A stretch of DNA of 64,000 nucleotides from Octopus vulgaris (taxonomy: Eukaryota). Every line of letters begins with the position of its first letter. Position 1 is the stretch's first letter. Shown one piece after another: positions 53,776 through 64,000 of the stretch. The translations under genes and the position numbers were made by a program. The stretch lies in assembly GCA_951406725.2 (NCBI GenBank), contig OX597828.1:16430001-16494000 (forward strand). The letters are read 5' to 3'. Below the pieces are notes generated by a model. It worked only from the letters and a program-made list of their open reading frames with translations. It did not search any database and was not told where the DNA came from.

Positions 53776-54160
53776 TACAGGGTAAATGTTTTTAAATTTT
53801 CTCCTGGTTTACTGAATTAACTTTTATTTGCGGTTGAAGCTTTGGCTGTTATTTCTAGTAGGTGAATGGCCTATTATGGCCGTTCCTTTATTGTTGATGT
53901 TGAACTTAAAAATGGTCTATGACTATTTTAATTTTTTCCTACTAGGCCGCTGGTGGCAAAAGAATTCTACAAATTTTTTTTTGCCACCCTATATTGAATA
54001 ATTATGAATTTTCTGGTTAGTTCCGTAATGGAATCGACGGCTTATATTTATTTGCTGCCGATAAATTTGGCGCGAGTGCGACGATTTGAAAATTTTAGGT
54101 CAGATATAAACTTGGCAACGTCGAAAATGCCTCGTGAAAATATCTGTTCCGTCTTGGGCT

Positions 54161-54267
54161 ATTTCTTACTGAGGAATCTGAGGGCCTGTGGAAGATTGGC
54201 TTGATTTAATTTAATCAGGTTAGTTTACCATTAATCAGCAGATGAAACGGTATATCGTATAAGAAAT
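54161..54267 (+). ncRNA. Type I hammerhead ribozyme
   Basis: Identical copy, +1968. Confidence 0.88.
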
Positions 54268-54386
54268 TACAGGGTAAATGTTTTTAAATTTTCTCCTGGT
54301 TTACTGAATTAACTTTTATTTGCGGTTGAAGCTTTGGCTGTTATTTCTAGTAGGTGAATGGCCTATTATGGCCGTTCCTTTATTGT

Positions 54387-54467
<81 letters not shown>

Positions 54468-55039
54468 AATATATATATATATATATATATGATCTAAAAC
54501 CACACAAATTATCCAATATATGTTACCCTATTTTTCTCCTTTTGCAGGACGACATGCTGTGATTCGAGCTTATTTGGCTACTATTTGTAGCATGTCTAAC
54601 AACCAAATAAAGGATGAAACAATCTCATTGTTTCAGTTACTGTTTTTTTAATTTACTTCTTTGTCAGTTGACCAAGACATCTATTTGATAACCGAAACTG
54701 AACCCGTTTCTCCAGATCCGATCCTTTACATCGTATTCATCTTGTGGTTGTTAATACGTGAATATGTGTTAATTGGTTCATTCCTATATTAGAACACTAT
54801 AAATTGATCAAAGGAACTTAAATAATTTTTTTATTAGCTACAGCTATCTTGTGGAGAAAAAACAATAAAAAAGAATAACAAAAGATGAAAAAGAACAATT
54901 ACTGTCTGTCTTAAGCAGACAACAGATAATCACATCAGACCAACTAGCCATGAATCAAATGATCTTCCAGCCATTCCAACGATTAACCAGCTACCCACTG
55001 TTATTCATACACCCCGGCTATCCATACAGCCATGCATCA

Positions 55040-55425
55040 AGTCGACCGACCGACCAACCAACCAGCCAACCAACTAACCAACCGACCGACCAACCAACCA
55101 ACCAAACCAACCAACTAACCAACCAACCGACCGACCGACCGACCGACCGACCGACTGACCGTCCGATCGACCGACCGACCGACCGACCGACCGACCGACC
55201 GACTGACCGACCAACCAACCAACCAACCAACCAACCAACAAACCGACCAACCGACCGACCGACCAACCAACCAACCAACTAGGCAGTAACGTAGTCGCCC
55301 ATCCATTAATCCATTCATGCATCCATTCATGCATGCATGCATCCATCCACCCATCCATCCATCCATCCATCCATCCATCCATCCATCCATCCATCCATCC
55401 ATCCATCCATCCATCCATCCATCCA
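55040..55425. repeat. (CCAA/CCGA)n and (CCAT)n tetranucleotide tracts
   Basis: Directly visible. Confidence 0.95.
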
Positions 55426-56547
55426 GACAGACAGAGAGATAGACAGACAGAAAAACAGACAGAGAGACAGCCAGCCTGCCTGTGTAGGCAGACAAAGTGA
55501 CAGACGTACAGATATGCAGACTGGCAGATGTCCAGACGGAAAGATATCTGGATTGCAATCGTTCACATCTCCATCCACACCACCAATCGACAGCCAGCCA
55601 GTCCACCATCATTGACCGAGCAATTCAAGTTAAAACCAGCACATACAGTGAAAAATTACGAAAATATTATATAGTTAGTGTGCCCTGGTGGTCAGCTATC
55701 TTAGGGGAGACAATTCTTGATCAATAGAGGTTAGTTTGTAAGTTTGAATTTCGTTTTTTTTCCTACACATTATCTAAAGATATTAAAATTTCCAGGTCGA
55801 TTTTGCTATGTCCATTTCATCCTTATTTGAAGTCATCACCATGGCAAATAAATTAATGACTAACATTTGTGCAATCTGATCTTAGCAAATATGGTCAGCA
55901 ACTTCAGACATGTTTTAGGTCTTAGTGAAGCTCCTCAACAAAATATAATCTTTCTAGTATTTGCCAGACTGTTGCTAAGAGAATCATATTGACGTATAAC
56001 AATGCACACGACAATATAATCTGACATGAAAAATAATTTTAAAGATGTTTGGGTGTGATTTGAGAGAAATTTGCTTTTAATTTCTTGCAAAGTGGAAGAA
56101 CGCGTTGAGGCTGTTTCAGACACTCGAGAGGACGATTATTTAATTAAATATAATAAGTAAATAAATAAGACACACACAACATCTCTTACGTTAGAATATG
56201 GCGAAACATTAGACATTAGTCAATGGTAATGAAAGTTGACGAATGTTGAAACCTTATCGGTTAGATTTGAAGATGTGATACTAAATAATGTCTAGAAAAA
56301 CAAAAAGCAAGAAAGGTAAGACAAAAAGCAAGAAAGGTAAGAAAAGAGAAACAAACAGAGAGAAGAGAGAGAGAGAGAGAGAGAAAGGGAGAGAGAAGGG
56401 TGGATAAAATGAAAGACAAGAAAGAGACGCAAGGTCATAGAAAAAGGTTATTATTGTTTATTCCTTGCTATCACTATCGAAACAGATAACATATGGATTG
56501 AGAGAAACACTATACGTGTGACGGTCATAATAATAATAATAATAATG

Positions 56548-56621
<74 letters not shown>

Positions 56622-56846
56622 TATTATTATTATTATTTCTTTTATAGATATGTATATATATGGTTCTTTATATATATATATGTCTGTTATATATATATAT
56701 ATATATATATATATACGGTCACAGACATTCGCATACATACATACAGATATATTTGTATATGTATATATGTATGTATATATATATATATATATATAAACAC
56801 ACGCTCACACGCACATATACGTATATATTCAAACGCATACATATGG

Positions 56847-56879
<33 letters not shown>

Positions 56880-56882
56880 TGT

Positions 56883-56922
<40 letters not shown>

Positions 56923-56940
56923 ATGTGTATATGTACATAT

Positions 56941-56985
<45 letters not shown>

Positions 56986-57059
56986 CAACGTATAACGAAT
57001 ACACAGTCTCTGAGTACGTAGGTAAAGTGGATGTGTGAGTTTGCGTGCGAACGTGTGTT

Positions 57060-57107
<48 letters not shown>

Positions 57108-57209
57108 ATTCTATACAGGGAGTGAAAAAGAGACAGGTGTGATTTACCGTCCCTAAATACTGAGATAATTAAGGTTAGAATATATACATATACATATATA
57201 CATACATAC

Positions 57210-57240
<31 letters not shown>

Positions 57241-57506
57241 CATACATACATACATACATACATACATACATACTTGTAAGTACTTAGGTAAATAAAGGTG
57301 ACTGCACAAACATCTATAAACAAATAAACTGTTCTATGCGTGTGTGTGTATGTGTCTGTGTGTGAGTGTGTGTGTGTGTATGTGTGAGTGCATGCGTGCG
57401 CGGGTTGCCATTGTTGTTTTTTATTTGTCTTTTCTTATTTTTCTTTTCTGTTTTATATGAAAGTTGGGCTTTGTTTCGGTCTTGTTAAGAAATATATAGG
57501 CGGGAA

Positions 57507-57556
<50 letters not shown>

Positions 57557-57871
57557 TGAATACATTTTGGGAAGGGAAGATGAAGTGCGACAGAAAAATA
57601 TATAATAAAAAGGTGAAGTAAACGAGAGAAGAAAAGAGGGAAAGAAGAAAACAAAGCAAAACGTATATCACAGCTAGTACCACTAACAGTACTACCGGCA
57701 GCAGCAGTAGCAGCAGCAGAACCATCACCACCACTACCAACCACCACCACCACCACCACCACCACCACCACCATCACTACCACCGCTGCTCTCCCTATCA
57801 CCAGCATCACCAGCACTACCATCACTATATATATATAGCACCACCTCCACCACCAGCATCACCACTAGCAC

Positions 57872-57904
<33 letters not shown>

Positions 57905-58619
57905 CGGAAACAAAAGAAAAAGAAAAAAAATGACAATGGTGTTCGGCGATAAGTAGATAGTATTGATAGTATTGATAATCTTGATAGAATTGATAAAGAA
58001 AAGAACAGACGTAATTTTAAAGCAAGAAGGAGACAAATGAAAGATTTTATTGTTTTGGCAAATATCTGGATTTGTATGAAATATCCTATACTTCGGCCGC
58101 GTATTTCTTTGTCTTTTATATCGATGGGTAATTGTTGTTATGTAACCCCGGGGTCAAATCTAGTGGAATAGTTTTATGGCGCGTAGGTGGTCAGCCGAAC
58201 GATTAGGCGCTAACCAGAAATCTGGTTTTACTAGTTATCTTTCACTAAAAGTGGATGTGTTAGAGAACAGAATACTGCTCCATTTCCACTTTTAATAGCA
58301 GATAAATATTACCTATCGGTATTAAAACTGATTAGTTTTTTTCTTTTTGTTTTTAGTTTTGTAGGTGTTGTTGTTATTGAGGGTAGTTTTGTCGCAGTAT
58401 TTGTACAAAATAGCATACTGTATATCTTACTTAATGTAGATACAAAGTAAAAAAGGCACAGAACTGTTCTATTCTTCTCGAGAAAGCTTCGCGTATAAAT
58501 GCAGTGCTACAAACCACAGAAGCATATTGTTGGCAGACGGAAAGTGTCCAGAAGTGGTGGTGAAATTGCTAAATCTCATATTATGCTTCCTTTAGTGTCA
58601 TCTGGATGTTATTTTAGTG

Positions 58620-58933
58620 TAGCTTAGTGTTTAGGGTATTCCGGATTACTCTTGGAAGGTCGTGAGTTCGATTCCCAGTGGCGTGTTGTTTCCTTGGGCA
58701 AGACACTTTATTTCACGTTGTATCAGTTTGCTCAACTGACAAAAATGACTTGTTCTTGTATTTCAAAAGTGTACCCCAGTTTCTTTCGCTGTCACGCTGA
58801 ATCTCCCTGTGATCTACGTGAAGAGTACGAGTATCTGATGAGTTCTCAGCCATTTGTACGTTAATTTCACGAGCAGGCCGCTCCGTTGACCGGGTCAACT
58901 GGAACCCTTGTCGTCGTAACCGGTGGAGTACCA
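58620..58933 (+). mobile_element. Diverged SINE (D-like head, C-like body)
   Basis: Homologous to 46615-46938. Confidence 0.75.
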
Positions 58934-59017
58934 GAAGAGGAAAATTTTATGAAGAACGTTGCAAAGAAATGCTTAGTCAAACCTAGCAGTATTTGATTAC
59001 AGGACACAAAACATACA

Positions 59018-60278
<1,261 letters not shown>

Positions 60279-60476
60279 GGTAAGACAGCACACTTACTAA
60301 ATACCCCAAGACAATTTCTCTGTTGTTGTAATACATTTGCCACTCCACAACCTTATAAATAATTCAATAAAAGGCAAAATATTCAAACTAGAAAAAGAGA
60401 TATACCTGACTGAAGACACCGGAAAAAAACCCAAAAAAAAGAAACAGTTGTAAAATATTCATTTAAAAGAAATCTA

Positions 60477-60519
<43 letters not shown>

Positions 60520-60781
60520 TAATAAATACTTATTGACATACACAGATACCTAAAGCGTAAAAACAGAAACAAGGACACTCATGTACCACTTACGAAGGCA
60601 AGTACGTACACGCAAACTCACGCAGACACACATACATGCACATACACACGCATGTTCATTCATTCGAAGCTAAATAAACACTACCTCGTATATTCATCAG
60701 ATAAACTCGGACAACAGACATAGAGAGACACCCGCACAAGAATATACACACGCACACATACACACACACACACACAGAGTA

Positions 60782-60818
<37 letters not shown>

Positions 60819-60929
60819 CATACACATACAATTGTAAAAACATTTACAATACAGACACAGACGCGTACATATAAAAGCACATAAGCAGATACGTATTTAC
60901 ACACATACATATATACATGCACACACACA

Positions 60930-62180
<1,251 letters not shown>

Positions 62181-62326
62181 TATCTTGTGGTATAATGACT
62201 TTTATCTTTCTTTGCCATAGTGGTTCATGGACGTTTAGCATGATGCTGAGTCCTACTCTAAACGATTGTTTTTCTCAATGGTCACACACCGGGGGTAGAA
62301 CTTACGCTGAACTCTATTTACTTCGA

Positions 62327-62360
<34 letters not shown>

Positions 62361-62603
62361 ATAAATGTAAAAAAATACAAACTGGGACAAGAACGTGAAA
62401 CATTTAGAAGACGATACAAAAAACACGGACGGGACATTCGAAGCCTTTAATCTTCAGTCAAGAACCGAATCATCTTCGCAATTTCGATGTATATATGTAT
62501 AGTCAATCCAAACATGAACAAGCAAGAAAAACAACAACGCGAGGACGTGGAATAAGTACTGTGTTATTGGACGCTCAGGGAAGGAAAGAAGAGAAAGACG
62601 ATT

Positions 62604-62631
62604 TAACGTTTCGAGCGGAGCTCTTCATCAG
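62604..62631 (-). ncRNA. Minimal type I hammerhead motif (Penelope pLTR-like)
   Basis: Minus strand: tt-CTGATGA-a-gagc-tcc-gctc-GAAA-cg-TTA-aa, with intact core, stem II and palindromic stem III. Flanks are homologous to 5215-5388. Confidence 0.7.
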
Positions 62632-62714
62632 AAGTATAGAAAAAGACTAAAACAGGGAAGACGGAGAAAGAAAATCGCCAACGATACACACGCGGTCACA
62701 CATATGCAAATTAG

Positions 62715-63395
62715 AAAATCTCTATAAACAATGAAAATATTAACTCTCCTCAGAAGTAAGGTTTCTCGCCAGATCAATATGACTGTTCTATGTTACTATC
62801 ATTTTGAACCCCTGCAAGCCTCCTTCAGCTACTCTAGTTATCGATGCAATCTGCAACCGATATATATATATATTACAAGGAGGGGAGCGAACACCTACCA
62901 TCTTCTAGCTGATGACGGGATCACCAGACCGCACAGTTTCGACCTATTTTGTACATCGTCATTGGTGAACATCCGTTTGCGAAAGATTGATGTTACTCGC
63001 TACAGCTCGCAATATGCACAAAACCAAGCGACAATCATTCACTGATCTCGCAACAAGCAAGGTAGCTAGTTAAAAAATGTCTAGAAAAGATGAAAGTAGT
63101 AGCTTTACTGAGAGGTAATTCTTTATCGCCACATCGATATGGCTGTTCTATAGGAATCGAAGTTACTACCGTTTTTAATCCAGGAGTAATCTTCTCCAGT
63201 TACTTATCAATGCAGTCCGCACCCGATATATACTGCCCACTGACAGTGGGCATAAATAGCCCGAAACCGTACGGCCTGGTGATTATATATCGAGCGTAGA
63301 CTGCATTGATAAGCAAGTGGAGGCGACCCCTCCTTGGGTTAAAAACTATAGTATCGTTGATACCTATAGAACAGCCATATTGATGTGGTTATAAA
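62715..63395. repeat. Old diverged ~360-bp direct repeat plus an inverted partial copy, with hammerhead relics
   Basis: 62717-62870 resembles 63076-63232, and 63285-63395 is an inverted copy of ~63125-63232. Hammerhead-like motif at 63237-63279; CTGATGA at 62909. Confidence 0.55.
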
Positions 63396-63655
63396 CATTA
63401 CTTCTTCCTCTCTCTTTCTGTCTGTCTGTCTGCCTGCCTGCCTGTCTGTCTGTCTGTCCGTATGTCTGTCTGTCTGCCTGCCTGTCTGTCTGTCTGTCTG
63501 TCTGTCTCTATATATATTATATTTATATATATATATATATATATATAGACACATACATACATTCATACAGCCTCACACACACACACATATATATATAATT
63601 ACAGGACTCAGTGTAAATATATGCAGACGTACGTGCACACACACATACTATACTA

Positions 63656-63705
<50 letters not shown>

Positions 63706-64000
63706 ATATATATGTGTGTGTGTGCCTTTGTGCGTGTGTGTATTGTATATGTGCTTTCTTTGAATTTCTGTGAAAGCTTTCGCTCTTACCAGTAGTTATG
63801 TTAGCATTCTGTGGTTGTTTAGGGGTTTCTTCTTCCGACCAGAGTTCTGTATTACCTCCTCTCAAAGTAGATAAATATTTTTGAAACATATTTCGCAGAA
63901 GATTGAAATTCATTTGTAAACCTATTTATCTAAGCTTGTCTTTTTATATTTTTTCCGAAATTGATAAACTACTCGGATTTGGAAAAAGAATCTGTGGAAC

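Larger units (their letters stand above)
51603..54390. mobile_element. 492-bp tandem array with a hammerhead per unit (non-LTR retrozyme candidate): inverted 512-bp arm (51603-52114) plus ~4.6 direct units (52115-54390)
   Basis: gatttgaaaatttt recurs at 52115, 52607, 53099, 53591 and 54083. I saw only three variable positions. (TA)n on both sides. Confidence 0.9.

Noticed and set aside
51603-54390. CRISPR array or ordinary centromeric satellite interpretation
   Set aside because: There are no unique spacers or cas genes, and the context is eukaryotic. Low copy number, an inverted arm and an intact ribozyme fit a retrozyme better than a bulk satellite.
63765-63800. Possible hammerhead (minus strand CTGGTAA-gagc-GAAA-gctttc)
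   Set aside because: The core is mismatched and no stem II or stem I can form.

Overview
Repeat-saturated, AT-rich, non-coding eukaryotic DNA. The SINE families and the extreme microsatellite load look like an Octopus genome (inference, no search run). I found no credible host protein-coding exon. Almost all ORFs in the track are translations of microsatellites or SINEs, and the only protein-like sequence is decayed Tc1/mariner transposase. The window holds four tRNA-derived SINE families, mariner/maT relics, two TIR MITEs, a Helitron, a Helentron-like element and many simple repeats. The standout is a young, near-identical 492-bp tandem array at 51603-54390, inserted in a (TA)n tract. Each unit carries a complete type I hammerhead ribozyme with a long stem II, and the first 512 bp are inverted. 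This is the architecture of a non-LTR retrozyme, which would yield ~492-nt self-cleaved and probably circular RNA and could be mobilised by Penelope-like elements. About a dozen further intact or degenerate minimal hammerhead motifs lie in microsatellite-flanked, often inverted, Penelope-pLTR-like fragments, including core variants UUGAAAA and GUGAAGA. A few unique islands carry homeodomain/TALE motif clusters and may be enhancers.
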